The notes under the pieces are model-generated. The model saw only the letters and a program-made list of their open reading frames with translations. It made no database searches and was not told the DNA's origin. The position numbers and the translations under genes were made by a program. 64,000 nucleotides of DNA from contig CAVZJB010000004.1 in assembly GCA_963775425.1 (NCBI GenBank), positions 448,001-512,000 of the forward strand. Direction: 5' to 3'. Shown one piece after another: positions 28,626 to 38,432 of this stretch. Within the stretch, counting starts at the first letter, position 1; each line of letters begins with the position of its first letter. Source of the stretch: an uncultured delta proteobacterium (lineage in GTDB: Bacteria > Myxococcota > UBA727 > VGSZ01).

Positions 28626-29422
28626 CGGCCGCTCCACTTGGGCTCGCGCTTTTCGAAGAACGCGCTGATGCCCTCCGCGGCGTCTTCGAGCTGGATGTTC
28701 AGGGTGAGCTGGTCGCGCAGGAAGCCGAGCTTCTGCTCGAAGGGCATGTCGCGTTGGTTGGCGATGGCGCGCTTACCGAGCTGCAACACCGACGGCGACA
28801 GCGACGCGAGCTGCGCGGCGTACGCCACCCCCTCGCGCAGCACGTCGCCACGAGGGACGACGCGGTTGACGACGCCGACGTCGACGGCACGCTGCCCGCG
28901 CACCTTGCCGCCCAGGAGCACGAGCTCGTTGGCGGCCTTGGCAGGGAGCTGCTCGTAGATGAGCGCGGCGATCATCATGGGGAACAACCCGCGCTTGACC
29001 TCGGGTGTTCCGAGGTCGGCGTCGTCCGCGGCGACGGCGAGGTCGCACGCGAGCACGAGGCCGAAGCCGCCACCGAGCGCCATGCCGTTCACCGCGCCGA
29101 CGACGGGCTTGGACATGCGCCGGAACTGCAGGAGCAGCTCGGCGAACAGGCCGCGCCTTTTGTGCTGCTCGAAGAAGCCTTCCCCCTGCATGCCGCCGCC
29201 GAGGTCGCCGCCGGCGCAGAACGCGGCCCGCTCGCCCTCACCGGCGCCGGTGAGCACGAGCGCCCGCACGTCGTCGTCCTTGTCGGCGTCGGCGAGCGCG
29301 GCGCGCAGGGCGTCGACGAGCTCGGGCGACAGGGCGTTTTTGCGCTCGGGCCGGTTGAGGGTGAGGACGCGCACGCCCCGTTGGCCGCCGGGGTGGTCCT
29401 CGATGAGGAGCACGCCGCTCAT
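28622..29422 (-). CDS. Enoyl-CoA hydratase/isomerase family protein
   Basis: TLNRPERKNAL, AFCAGGDL, ALGGGFGL..ACD, PEV. Confidence 0.93.
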   Translation of the reverse strand: MSGVLLIEDHPGGQRGVRVLTLNRPERKNALSPELVDALRAALADADKDDDVRALVLTGAGEGERAAFCAGGDLGGGMQGEGFFEQHKRRGLFAELLLQFRRMSKPVVGAVNGMALGGGFGLVLACDLAVAADDADLGTPEVKRGLFPMMIAALIYEQLPAKAANELVLLGGKVRGQRAVDVGVVNRVVPRGDVLREGVAYAAQLASLSPSVLQLGKRAIANQRDMPFEQKLGFLRDQLTLNIQLEDAAEGISAFFEKREPKWSGR

Positions 29423-29476
29423 GGCCGCGCCGCCGGCACGAAGACGTCGACCTCGTCCCCCGCGTGTTGGACGGGC

Positions 29477-30625
29477 TCAGCCATCGAGGAGCTCTCGAGC
29501 GATGAGCTCGCGCTGGATCTCGCTGGTGCCTTCGCCGATGGGTCCGAGGCGCGCGTCGCGATAGAGGCGCTCCACGGCGTAGTCGTCGGTGTAGCCCCAG
29601 CCGCCGTGGATCTGGACGGCGGCGTCGGTGAGCCGCACCGCCATCTCGCACGCGTACGTCTTGGCCACGGAGGCGCGCGCGCCGAGGTGCTCGCCCTTGC
29701 TCTTGCGCCACGCGCACTGCCTGGCCATGAGGCGCGCGGCGTCGAGCTCGATCTTCATGTCGGCGATCTTGAAGTGCACCGCCTGCAGCCGCGCGATGGG
29801 CTTGCCGAACGCCGTGCGCTCCTGCGCGTACTTGCGCGCGGCGTCGTAGGCGGCCTCGGCGATGCCGATGCCGAAGTGGCACATGCCGATGCGGCCGAGC
29901 TCCAGGGTCTGCATCGCCTGGATGAACCCCTGCCCGACCTCGCCGATGACGTCGTCCTTCGTGAGGGCCACGTCCTCGAAGACGAGGCCGCCGGTGGGCG
30001 AGCCGCGCAGGCCCATCTTCTTGTACGGCGCGGTCTTTTGGACGCCCGCCCTGTCGAGGTCGACGCCGAACATGGTGACGCCGCCGTAGCCGGCGTCGGG
30101 ATCGGTGACGGCCATGACGACGGCGACGTCGGCGACGGGGGCGTTGGTGATGAGCGCCTTCTCACCGTTCAGCACCCACGCGTCGCCGTTTTGCACCGCG
30201 CGGGTCTTGATGGCCGCCGCGTCCGTGCCCGCGCCGGGCTCGGTGAGCGCGAAGCAGCCGATCTTGTCGAGCGCGATGATCGGCTTGAGCCAGCGCTCCT
30301 TCTGCGCGTCGGTGCCGAAGTGGAAGATGGGCGCGCCGCACAAGCCGATGGAGGCGCCGGCGGAGAGAAACGTGGCCGCGCAGTGCTTGGCCAACGACTC
30401 CTCCGCCATGGCCCGCCGCAGCCACGCGGTCTCGCCGTCGTGGATGCCGAAGGGCGCCGGGTAGAAGAGCTGGAAGAAGCCGATCTCCTTGAGGTCGCCG
30501 AGGTTCTCCTTGGGCAACGCGCCTTCCTGGTCGGCCTTCTTGGCGCGCGCGCCGATGCGATCGCGACAGAACTTGTCGAACGCCTCGGCGAACTGCCGGT
30601 CCTCGTCGTTGATGCTCAGGTCCAT
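29477..30625 (-). CDS. Acyl-CoA dehydrogenase
   Basis: [46 protein letters not shown]. Confidence 0.94.
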   Translation of the reverse strand: MDLSINDEDRQFAEAFDKFCRDRIGARAKKADQEGALPKENLGDLKEIGFFQLFYPAPFGIHDGETAWLRRAMAEESLAKHCAATFLSAGASIGLCGAPIFHFGTDAQKERWLKPIIALDKIGCFALTEPGAGTDAAAIKTRAVQNGDAWVLNGEKALITNAPVADVAVVMAVTDPDAGYGGVTMFGVDLDRAGVQKTAPYKKMGLRGSPTGGLVFEDVALTKDDVIGEVGQGFIQAMQTLELGRIGMCHFGIGIAEAAYDAARKYAQERTAFGKPIARLQAVHFKIADMKIELDAARLMARQCAWRKSKGEHLGARASVAKTYACEMAVRLTDAAVQIHGGWGYTDDYAVERLYRDARLGPIGEGTSEIQRELIARELLDG

Positions 30626-30654
30626 GGTGGTTCCTCGATGTCTGTCCGCGGCGT

Positions 30655-31815
30655 TCAGAAGCCGAGGTCGAGCTCGGCGCGCGCGATGATGGAGCGTTGG
30701 ATCTCCGACGTGCCGCCGCCGATGGTGCCGAGCAGCGAATCGCGCACGGCTCTCTCGACGTGGTACTCGACGGTGAAGCCGTTGCCGCCGTGGATCTGCA
30801 CGGCGTCGCGCGCGCTCTTCTGCGAAGCCTCGCTGACGAACACCTTGGCGATGGCGGCGTCGACGAGCGGCGGATCTTCCGTGTTGTCGAGCTGCCAGGC
30901 CACGCGGTGGATGAGGTTCCTGCCGAGCTCGTAGCGGATCTTCATGTCGGCGATCATCTGGCGCACCGCCTGGAACCGCGCGATGGGCTTGCCGAACTGT
31001 TTGCGCTCCTTGGCGTACTGCACGCAGCGCTCGAGGTTGGCGCGCATCCCGCCGAGGGGCGGCGCCAGGAGCTGGCTGCGCTCCCAGCCGAAGATGAGCT
31101 TCACGGTGCCGACGAAGCCGGTGTTCAGCTCGCCGAGGAGGTTCTCCTCGGGGACCTCGCAGTCCTCGAGCACGATCTCCGACGTCGTCGACGTGCGCAC
31201 GCCCGCCTTGTCGATGTGCTGTCCGACGCGGAAGCCGGGGAAGTCCTTCTCGACGATGAACGTGGAGATGCCGAACGCCTTGGCCTCCGGCTCCGTCACC
31301 GCGGTGACGACGAAGTGGTTGGCGATGGGCCCGTTGGTGATCCACATCTTGGTGCCGTTCAGCACCCAGCGATCGCCCTTCTTCACCGCCCGCATCTTCA
31401 TGGCCGCGGCGTCGGAGCCCGAGTCCGGCTCGCTCAAGCAGAAGGCGCCGATCCACTCGCCGCTCGCCATCTTGGGCAGGTAGCGCTTCTTTTGCGCCTC
31501 CGTGCCGAGCTTCCAGATGGGCACGCCGCACAGGATGGTGGAGGCGCCCCAGGCGAGGGAGACGCCGCCGTCGTGCCCGCCGTAGGTGAAGGCCTCCTGG
31601 ATGAGCGTGTTGTCGAGCGCCGACAGCGCGGTGCCGCCGTACTCCTCGGGGTACGGCGCGCCGAGCAGGCCGCCCTCGGCCATCTTCTTCCAGATGTCCC
31701 AATCCCAGCGGCCGCTCTTGTCGCGCTCGAGGACCGTGGGCGCGACGATGCGCGCCCCGAGCTCACGGGCGCCCTCGTACAGCGCCTCCTGCTCCCTGGA
31801 GAATTCGAAGTTCAT
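30655..31815 (-). CDS. Acyl-CoA dehydrogenase
   Basis: [47 protein letters not shown]. Confidence 0.94.
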   Translation of the reverse strand: MNFEFSREQEALYEGARELGARIVAPTVLERDKSGRWDWDIWKKMAEGGLLGAPYPEEYGGTALSALDNTLIQEAFTYGGHDGGVSLAWGASTILCGVPIWKLGTEAQKKRYLPKMASGEWIGAFCLSEPDSGSDAAAMKMRAVKKGDRWVLNGTKMWITNGPIANHFVVTAVTEPEAKAFGISTFIVEKDFPGFRVGQHIDKAGVRTSTTSEIVLEDCEVPEENLLGELNTGFVGTVKLIFGWERSQLLAPPLGGMRANLERCVQYAKERKQFGKPIARFQAVRQMIADMKIRYELGRNLIHRVAWQLDNTEDPPLVDAAIAKVFVSEASQKSARDAVQIHGGNGFTVEYHVERAVRDSLLGTIGGGTSEIQRSIIARAELDLGF

Positions 31816-32519
31816 GGCGACACCTTCCCGACGGCGCCGTGGCGCAACAGCGACGTCAACGAGCTCTTCATGCTTTCGAGCGTCACCGACGACTGCACCG
31901 TGCTGCGCGCGCCGTTGTGCGTGAGGACGAAGGAGACGAAGGCGGTCTCGAGCGATCCGATGAACAGGATGCTCATGGCGTACGGATCGAGCCCGTGGTG
32001 CAGCTCGCCGCTCTTCTTTCCGTCCTCGAAGATCTTGGCGATGCTCTTGAAGACGCGCGCCACCTGCGGCTTCTCCAGCGCCTCCCCGAGGCGCGCGTTG
32101 CGGCCGAACTCGAGGACGAGCACCTTCACCTCGAGGGGCGCCATCTCGAACGCGGAGAACGCCAGGTCGATGATCTGGCCGAGCTTGTCGACCATGGAAA
32201 GCTCGGCCGCGACGATCTCGTCGATGGCCTTGGCGAAGAAGGCCCAGTTGGCGTCGAAGACGGCGGCGAGGAGGCCGTCCTTGTTGCCGTAGTAGTGGTA
32301 GACGAGGCCGTAGGCGACGCCGGCCTCCTCGGCGACGTCCGAGATGCGGCAGCCGTGGTACCCCTTCTCCGCGAAGACCTTCACGGCCGCCCGCAGGATC
32401 TGCTTTCTCCGATCATCTTTTGCGTCCCTCGCTTTGTCGTCGCGAGACGGCCTGCGGGCCGCCGGCGCGCGGACGGGCGCGGGGGTCGTGCGTGCTCTCG
32501 TGTGTGCGGGTCTCGCCAT
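31812..32519 (-). CDS. TetR family transcriptional regulator
   Basis: ILRAAVKVFAEKGY...ISDVAEEAGVAYGLVYHYY..KDGLL. Confidence 0.93.
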   Translation of the reverse strand: MARPAHTRARTTPAPVRAPAARRPSRDDKARDAKDDRRKQILRAAVKVFAEKGYHGCRISDVAEEAGVAYGLVYHYYGNKDGLLAAVFDANWAFFAKAIDEIVAAELSMVDKLGQIIDLAFSAFEMAPLEVKVLVLEFGRNARLGEALEKPQVARVFKSIAKIFEDGKKSGELHHGLDPYAMSILFIGSLETAFVSFVLTHNGARSTVQSSVTLESMKSSLTSLLRHGAVGKVSP

Positions 32520-32598
32520 TGGACACCGCCTCCTCGCTTTTGCGAGCATCGTGCTCGAGGGATCGAAAAGACCTTTGAACCAGCCAGGTCGAAGAGGA

Positions 32599-32639
32599 TT
32601 GACTGCAATGTCAATACCGACGCTTGACACGCGCGTCAA
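32599..32639. promoter_or_regulatory. Two tandem palindromes TTGAC-N6-GTCAA (candidate operators)
   Basis: TTGACtgcaatGTCAA 32599-32614 and TTGACacgcgcGTCAA 32624-32639. Confidence 0.6.
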
Positions 32640-33384
32640 GCGATTCCTCGTCGTGGGGAGCTGTTTCCTCTTGGGAGCGACGGCGCACGCCGACGTCTCG
32701 AAGAGGTTGCGCGACGGGCTCTCGGCGTCGTCGCCCAAGGTGCGCATCGTGGCGGTGTCGGCGGTGGCCCGCTCGAAGGATCCGTCCGCGCGCGCGCTCC
32801 TCGAGCCGATGCTGCGCGACTCCGACGCCGCCGTGCGCGCCGCCGTCATCGCCGGCCTCGGCAACCTCGGGGACCCGGCGGCGGTGCCTGCGCTGGAGGC
32901 GCTGCGCGACGACGACGACACCGTGAAGGCGGTGCTCGCGCGGGTGCTCCCCAAGCTGGAGGCGCTGCGCGTCCACGTCTACATCGGCACCGGCGAGGAC
33001 AAGAGCGGCGCGGGCATCGGCGACCTCGCGCAGCTCCTCGCCGAAAAGACCGAGGCCTCCGTGCGGCAGAGGCTCGGGCCGGCGTTCGACGTCCACCACG
33101 ATCCGTCGAAGGAGAGCTTCGGCGCGGCCTCGCTCATCATCCGCTCCATCGACCAGCACGCCGACGGCGGCAACACGTTCGTCGACGTGCAGTGCGAGCT
33201 CACGCTCGTCGAGATGCCCAAGCGGACGCTGCGGGGAGCGCTCGCGAGCACCGCCAGCGTCGGGGTCGCCGGCCCCGTGAGCAAGAAGCTCATGGCCGAG
33301 CTCGCGCACGACGGCGTCAACGCCTGCGCGCCCGAGCTCGCCGACGACTTCGTCTCCTACATCCGCCAGCACGCCCGCCGCTGA
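32608..33384 (+). CDS. Exported HEAT-repeat protein
   Basis: Signal peptide ending AHA, HEAT_2-like repeats (D.D..VR.A....LG.LGDP.AVP.L). Confidence 0.75.
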   Translation: MSIPTLDTRVKRFLVVGSCFLLGATAHADVSKRLRDGLSASSPKVRIVAVSAVARSKDPSARALLEPMLRDSDAAVRAAVIAGLGNLGDPAAVPALEALRDDDDTVKAVLARVLPKLEALRVHVYIGTGEDKSGAGIGDLAQLLAEKTEASVRQRLGPAFDVHHDPSKESFGAASLIIRSIDQHADGGNTFVDVQCELTLVEMPKRTLRGALASTASVGVAGPVSKKLMAELAHDGVNACAPELADDFVSYIRQHARR

Positions 33385-35478
33385 CTAGCGGCGACGGCGG
33401 CGCCCGCCCCGATCGCGGCCGCGGCCACGGGGGCTGCGGCCGCCCCCGCCCGAGGCGGCGACGGCGCGCATGCGCGGGCCGCGCTCGGAGAGCCGGGGCT
33501 GGCGATAGGAGGCGTTGGCCGCCTGCGCCACCACCTTCCACAGGCCAATCTCGTCGAGGGGCGCGCCCGCGGCGTGCAGCCGCAGCGTGTACAGCAGCAG
33601 CGACTCCTTGAAGCTCGGCCTGTGCACCACCTGGCGCGCCTGCTGCCCGTAGCGGCGGTGCGGCAGGAGGTCTTCCTGGCCGGCCAGGATCTGCGGGATG
33701 CGCTCGCGGTCGTGGCGCGTGAGGCGGATGCGCTCCATCCACTGTTGCGTGGCGTCCTCGAACCAGGGCTCGAAGTCGGTGGTGGACGCCGACATCGCCT
33801 CCCACACCGGCGCCAGGAGCACCGCAAAGGCCGCCGCGCTCGACATGTCGAGGTCGCGCTTCTTCCCCTCGTCGAGGGTGGTCAACAGCGCGTTCAGCCG
33901 CGCGCGCCGCTCGGCCGGCGTGGTCGGCGCCGGCGGCGGCGCGGGCTCGGCGCGCACGAAGATGCGCGGTGCGACCGACGCGTCGCCGGGCTCGCCCTCG
34001 GCGACGCTGGGCGCGGCGGCGCCCTCGGGCGCCTCCTCAGCAGCGGCCGGCAGGGCGGCGGGCGCGGCGTCCTCGGGGGCGTCGCCTGCCTCCGTCTCGG
34101 CCGGGGCCGCGGCGGCGCCCTCGTCGCCTGGCGCGGCGGCGGCGGCCGGCGCAGCGTCCTCGTCGGCGACCGGGGCCGGGGCGGGGACCGGGGCCGGCGG
34201 GGGCGTGAACGGACGCGCCTCGAGCGGCATGTCGAGGGCGTCCTCGAGCTCGCCGAGGATGGCGCGGCAGACGCCCACCTCGTTGCAGAGGTCCACCGAC
34301 GCCCGGGCGTGGCCCGAGGTCAACAGCCGCAAGAGCTCCTCCTGCAGCCGCGCCGGCGCGCAGCGGACGAGCTCGCCGACGTGCGCCTTCATCGCCGCGA
34401 ACGTCTCCTCCTCGATGGTGAAGCCGAGGCGGGTGGCGAACTTGATGGCGCGCAGGATGCGAACGGGGTCCTCGCGGAAGCGCACCTCGGGGTTGCCGAT
34501 GGTGCGGATGAGGCGCGAGTCGAGGTCGCGGCGGCCGTCGACGAAGTCGAGCACCTTGCCCTGGAGCGGGTCGTAGAAGAGGCCGTTGACAGTGAGGTCG
34601 CGCCGGCGCGCGTCCTGCTCCACGTTGCCGAACACGTTGTCGCGCTCGACGAGGAGATCCTGCGGCAGGTCCTCGAGCTCGTCGATGGGGTTGGCGCGGA
34701 AGGTGGCGGTCTCGATGACCTTCCCCGAGGGGAAGAACACGTGGGCCAGACGGAAGCGGCGGCCCACCAGACGGCAGTTGCGGAACACCGCCTTCACCTG
34801 GTTCGGGTGCGCCGCGGTGGCGACGTCGAAGTCCTTGGGCGTGCGCCCGAGGAGCAGATCGCGCACACAGCCGCCCGTGAGGTACGCCTCGTAGCCCTTG
34901 GCGTGCAGCCGCTTCACCACCCACAGCGCGTCCTGGTCGACGAGCTGCAGCGGGATCTCCGGGGGGCCCTCGGGCTGGGGCTCGGGCCGGTCGCCCTCGG
35001 CGGGGCCGTCGTCGGCGTGGGCGACGACGTTGAAGTGCACGGGCATGTCGTCGTCGTCTTCGTCGTCGTCGCCCTCGAAGGCGCTCTCGTCGACGACCGC
35101 GGGGTGGCCGCCCTCGCTCTCGCTCTCACCGGCGTTGTCGTCGTCGTCGTCGCCGGGCTCGCGAGGCCCGGCATCGTCATGCCCGGCGTCGTCATGCCCG
35201 GCGTCGTCATGCGCGGCCTCTTCGCGCCCAGCCTCGTCGCGCCCAGCCTCGTCGCGCCCAGCCTCGTCGCGCCCAGCCTCGTCGCGCCCAGCCTCGTCGC
35301 GCCCAGCCTCGTCGCGCCCGGCCTCGTCGCGCCCGGCCTCGTCGCGCCCGGCCTCTTCGTGCTCGGCCTCGTCGTGCTCGGCCTCGTCGTGCTCGGCCTC
35401 GTCGTGCTCGGTGTCGTCGTGCTCGGTCTCGTTCACGTTCTCGTTCTCGTTGTCGTTGTCGTTGTCGTTGTCAGGCAT
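33385..35478 (-). CDS. pcnB: Poly(A) polymerase I with long low-complexity extensions
   Basis: GGCVRDLLLG..PKDFDVAT, PAP-specific LVGRRFRLAHV signature, DARRRDLTVNGL, EDPVRILRA. Confidence 0.92.
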   Translation of the reverse strand: MPDNDNDNDNENENVNETEHDDTEHDEAEHDEAEHDEAEHEEAGRDEAGRDEAGRDEAGRDEAGRDEAGRDEAGRDEAGRDEAGREEAAHDDAGHDDAGHDDAGPREPGDDDDDNAGESESEGGHPAVVDESAFEGDDDEDDDDMPVHFNVVAHADDGPAEGDRPEPQPEGPPEIPLQLVDQDALWVVKRLHAKGYEAYLTGGCVRDLLLGRTPKDFDVATAAHPNQVKAVFRNCRLVGRRFRLAHVFFPSGKVIETATFRANPIDELEDLPQDLLVERDNVFGNVEQDARRRDLTVNGLFYDPLQGKVLDFVDGRRDLDSRLIRTIGNPEVRFREDPVRILRAIKFATRLGFTIEEETFAAMKAHVGELVRCAPARLQEELLRLLTSGHARASVDLCNEVGVCRAILGELEDALDMPLEARPFTPPPAPVPAPAPVADEDAAPAAAAAPGDEGAAAAPAETEAGDAPEDAAPAALPAAAEEAPEGAAAPSVAEGEPGDASVAPRIFVRAEPAPPPAPTTPAERRARLNALLTTLDEGKKRDLDMSSAAAFAVLLAPVWEAMSASTTDFEPWFEDATQQWMERIRLTRHDRERIPQILAGQEDLLPHRRYGQQARQVVHRPSFKESLLLYTLRLHAAGAPLDEIGLWKVVAQAANASYRQPRLSERGPRMRAVAASGGGGRSPRGRGRDRGGRRRRR
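35166..35472 (-). repeat. Coding 15-bp tandem repeat (about 17 pentapeptide units AGRDE/AEHDE/AGHDD) plus (DN/EN)n
   Basis: gcctcgtcgcgccca and related units on + strand. Confidence 0.95.
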
Positions 35479-35537
35479 CGCTGTCGTTCTCCGTGTCGCG
35501 GGGCCGGCGACGAACGCCGCCCGGCCGCCGCGGCGCC

Positions 35538-36320
35538 CTACGTCTTTCTCGCGGGCGTGTTGTTGAGGGCCCAGATGTGTCGAAGGCCGTCGAGGGTGAG
35601 GAACTCGTCGTACGCCTCGAGCGTGCGAGAGACTCCCTCGAACAGGAACGCCAGGCCGCCGGTGGCGACCACCTTGGCGCGGGGCTCGAGCTCCGCCTTC
35701 ATGCGCTCCACGAGCGCGTCCACGAGGCCGGCATAGCCGTACAAGAGCCCCGATTGCAGCGCGTGGATGGTGTTCTTCCCGATGGCCCTGGGTGGCTTCT
35801 TGAGCTCCACGCGCGGCAGCTTGGCCGCCCGCGTGAACAATGCGTCCATCGAGATGTCGAGACCCGGCGCGATGGCCCCGCCAACGTATTCGCCCTTGGC
35901 GTTGACGGCGTCGAGGTTGGTGCCGGTGCCGAAGTCGACGACGACGAGCGCTTGCTTGTAGCGCGCCCACGCCGCCACGGCGTTCACGATGCGGTCCGCC
36001 CCGACCTCCACGGGGTTGTCGATGAGGATGGGCATCCCCGTCTTGGTCCCCGGGCCCACCACCACCGCCGTCTTGCCGAACGCGCCCGTGAGCGCCTCGA
36101 CGATCACGCGGTTGAGCGGCGGCACCACCGAGGCGAGCACACATCCCTCCACGGCGGCCGGTTGGACGCCGCGGCGCTCGACCAGGGAGAGCACCAGCTC
36201 GCCCATCTCGTCGGCCGTGGCCGAGCGGTTCGTCGAGATACGGAAGTGGTGCTTGAGGGACTCCCCTTCGTACAGGCCGATGACCGTATTTGTGTTCCCG
36301 ACGTCGAGGACGAACAGCAC
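35538..36320 (-). CDS. coaX: Type III pantothenate kinase
   Basis: LDVGNTNT, EVGADRIVNA, VVDFGT, GGAIAPG, VVATGG. Confidence 0.95.
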   Translation of the reverse strand: MLFVLDVGNTNTVIGLYEGESLKHHFRISTNRSATADEMGELVLSLVERRGVQPAAVEGCVLASVVPPLNRVIVEALTGAFGKTAVVVGPGTKTGMPILIDNPVEVGADRIVNAVAAWARYKQALVVVDFGTGTNLDAVNAKGEYVGGAIAPGLDISMDALFTRAAKLPRVELKKPPRAIGKNTIHALQSGLLYGYAGLVDALVERMKAELEPRAKVVATGGLAFLFEGVSRTLEAYDEFLTLDGLRHIWALNNTPARKT

Positions 36321-36375
36321 GTGAATCTCCGGGCCTCTCTAGCATCCCCCCTTGCGGTTGGGTACAGGCATCGAC

Positions 36376-37425
36376 GTGCCGCCCACCGCCGGACCCTACG
36401 CCCACGTGCGCATCGAGGGCCTCGCCCACGCCGTCCCGCCGCACCGCGTGACCTCGCAAGCCATCGAGGACCGGCTCGACGCCACGTACCGGCGCCTCGG
36501 GATCCCCGCGGGCTGCATCGAGACCCTCGTCGGCATCATCGCCCGCCGGTTCTGGGATGAAGGCGCCCCCATCGCCGACCTCGCCAGCGGGGTGGCGAAA
36601 AAGGTGCTCGCCGACGCCGCGGGCGGCCGCGGCGGCGAGGACCTGTCGGCCCGCATCGGCGCCGTGATCTCGACGTCGGTGTGCAAGGACTTCATCGAGC
36701 CCTCGGTGGCCGCGCTCGTGCGCGGACAGCTCCGGCTGCCCGCCGAGTGCGAGGCCATCGACGTCGGCAACGCCTGCCTCGGCTTCATGAACGGCATGGA
36801 GCTGGCGGCGCAGTGGATCGAGCTCGGCAAGGTGGACGCCGCCCTCGTCGTCGACGCCGAGTCCTCTCGCACGGTGGTCGACCGCACCGTCGAACGGCTG
36901 CAGCGGCCCACGTCCACCATGCAGGACTTCAAGGAGGCGCTGCCCACCCTCACGCTTGGCTCGGGCGCGGTGGCCATGCTCCTCGTGCACGAGTCCATCG
37001 CCACCACCGATCACCGCCTCGGCGGCGCGGTGGCGCTGTCGGATCCGGCGTCGTCCACGATCTGCCTCGGCACCGCCGAGTGGATGAAGACGGACGCGCA
37101 GAAGCTCCTGCAAAACGGCGTGGAGCTCGCCGCGCGCACGTGGGCGCGGGCGGCGGAGCGCCTCGGCTGGACGCGCGACAACCTCGCCCAGCTCATCTGC
37201 CACCAGGTCGGCGCCACGCACATGGCCACGCTCTTCAAGCGGCTCGACCTCGACCTCGACAAGGCGTTCCTCACCTACCCCGAGCTCGGCAACATCGGGC
37301 CGGCGGCGGTTCCGCTCACGCTCGGCCTCGCCGTCGACGAGGGACGCGTCAAGCCCGGCGACACGGTCGCCCTCATGGGCATCGGCTCGGGCCTGTCGTG
37401 CATGATGATGGAGGTCTCGTGGTAG
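36376..37425 (+). CDS. oleA: OleA acyl-CoA:acyl-CoA alkyltransferase (thiolase/FabH-like)
   Basis: IEPSVA (Glu), NACLGF (Cys), LTLGSGA, HQVG, GNIGPA, GIGSGL; first of the four-gene cluster. Confidence 0.9.
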   Translation: MPPTAGPYAHVRIEGLAHAVPPHRVTSQAIEDRLDATYRRLGIPAGCIETLVGIIARRFWDEGAPIADLASGVAKKVLADAAGGRGGEDLSARIGAVISTSVCKDFIEPSVAALVRGQLRLPAECEAIDVGNACLGFMNGMELAAQWIELGKVDAALVVDAESSRTVVDRTVERLQRPTSTMQDFKEALPTLTLGSGAVAMLLVHESIATTDHRLGGAVALSDPASSTICLGTAEWMKTDAQKLLQNGVELAARTWARAAERLGWTRDNLAQLICHQVGATHMATLFKRLDLDLDKAFLTYPELGNIGPAAVPLTLGLAVDEGRVKPGDTVALMGIGSGLSCMMMEVSW

Positions 37426-38429
37426 CGCAGCCCGTCCCCGCCGCCGCAGGCGCGCCCGCCGCCTCCCCGCTCGTCGACGAGGCGATCCCCCGGCCCCACG
37501 CGCCGCAGGAGATCGTGGTGCCGCGCGCGACGTCGTGGAGCGCCGAGTACCCCTTCGCCTCGCACTTCTTCGACGCGCGCGCCCCCGGCGCCGCCGACCC
37601 GCTGTGGATGCACGTCGTCGACGAGGGCCCGCGCGACGCGCCCGTCGTCGTCATGCTCCACGGAAACCCCACGTGGAGCTTCTACTGGCGCAAGCTCGTG
37701 CTCGCGCTGCGCGACCGCTATCGCTGCATCGTCCCCGACCACATCGGCTGCGGCCTGTCCGATCGCCCGCAGGCGTGGCCCTACCGGCTCGCGGACCACG
37801 TCGAAAACGTCGAGAAGCTCCTCGACGCGCTCGGCGTCTCGCGCTTCTCGCTCGCGGTGCATGACTGGGGCGGCGCCATCGGCATGGGGGTGGCCACCGA
37901 GCGGCCCGCCGCCGTCGAAAAGCTCGTCGTCACCAACACCGCGGCGTTTCGCTCCACCGAGATCCCGGCGTCCATCGCGTCAGTGCGCATCCCGGTGTTC
38001 GGCCGCGTCGCGGTCCTGCGCTTCAACGCGTTCGCCTTCGCCGCCACCTTCCGCGCCGTCGAAAACAAGCTGCCCGCGGCGGCGAAGGCGGGGCTGCTGG
38101 CGCCGTACGGAAACCCCCACGACCGCATCGCCACGCTGCGCTTCGTCGAGGACATCCCGATGAAGCCGGCGCACCCGTCGTGGGATCGCCTCGGGCGCAT
38201 CGAGGAGAAGCTGCCGCTCCTCGCCGACAAGCCGATGCAGATCCTGTGGGGCGACGCCGACTTCTGCTTCACGCCCAGCTTCCGCGCCTCATGGCAGCAG
38301 CGCTTCCCGCGCGCCACCGTCCACGCGTGGAAGGACGTCGGCCACTACGTCATGGAGGACGCGGCCGAACGCGTGCTCCCGCTCGTCGACGCTTTCCTCG
38401 GCGCCGCCGGGCCGCGGGGCGAGGCCTGA
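37419..38429 (+). CDS. oleB: OleB beta-lactone decarboxylase (haloalkane dehalogenase-like)
   Basis: HGNPTWSF, PDHIGCGLS, HDWGG, FVEDIP, GHYVMED; cluster position. Confidence 0.88.
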   Translation: MVAQPVPAAAGAPAASPLVDEAIPRPHAPQEIVVPRATSWSAEYPFASHFFDARAPGAADPLWMHVVDEGPRDAPVVVMLHGNPTWSFYWRKLVLALRDRYRCIVPDHIGCGLSDRPQAWPYRLADHVENVEKLLDALGVSRFSLAVHDWGGAIGMGVATERPAAVEKLVVTNTAAFRSTEIPASIASVRIPVFGRVAVLRFNAFAFAATFRAVENKLPAAAKAGLLAPYGNPHDRIATLRFVEDIPMKPAHPSWDRLGRIEEKLPLLADKPMQILWGDADFCFTPSFRASWQQRFPRATVHAWKDVGHYVMEDAAERVLPLVDAFLGAAGPRGEA

Positions 38430-38432
38430 GCC

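Noticed and set aside
33385-37221. 1278-aa ORF as one giant PcnB fusion
   Set aside because: The upstream part overlaps coaX in another frame and oleA antisense; the credible start is ATG 35478
37419-38429. Haloalkane dehalogenase
   Set aside because: Position between oleA and oleC identifies it as OleB
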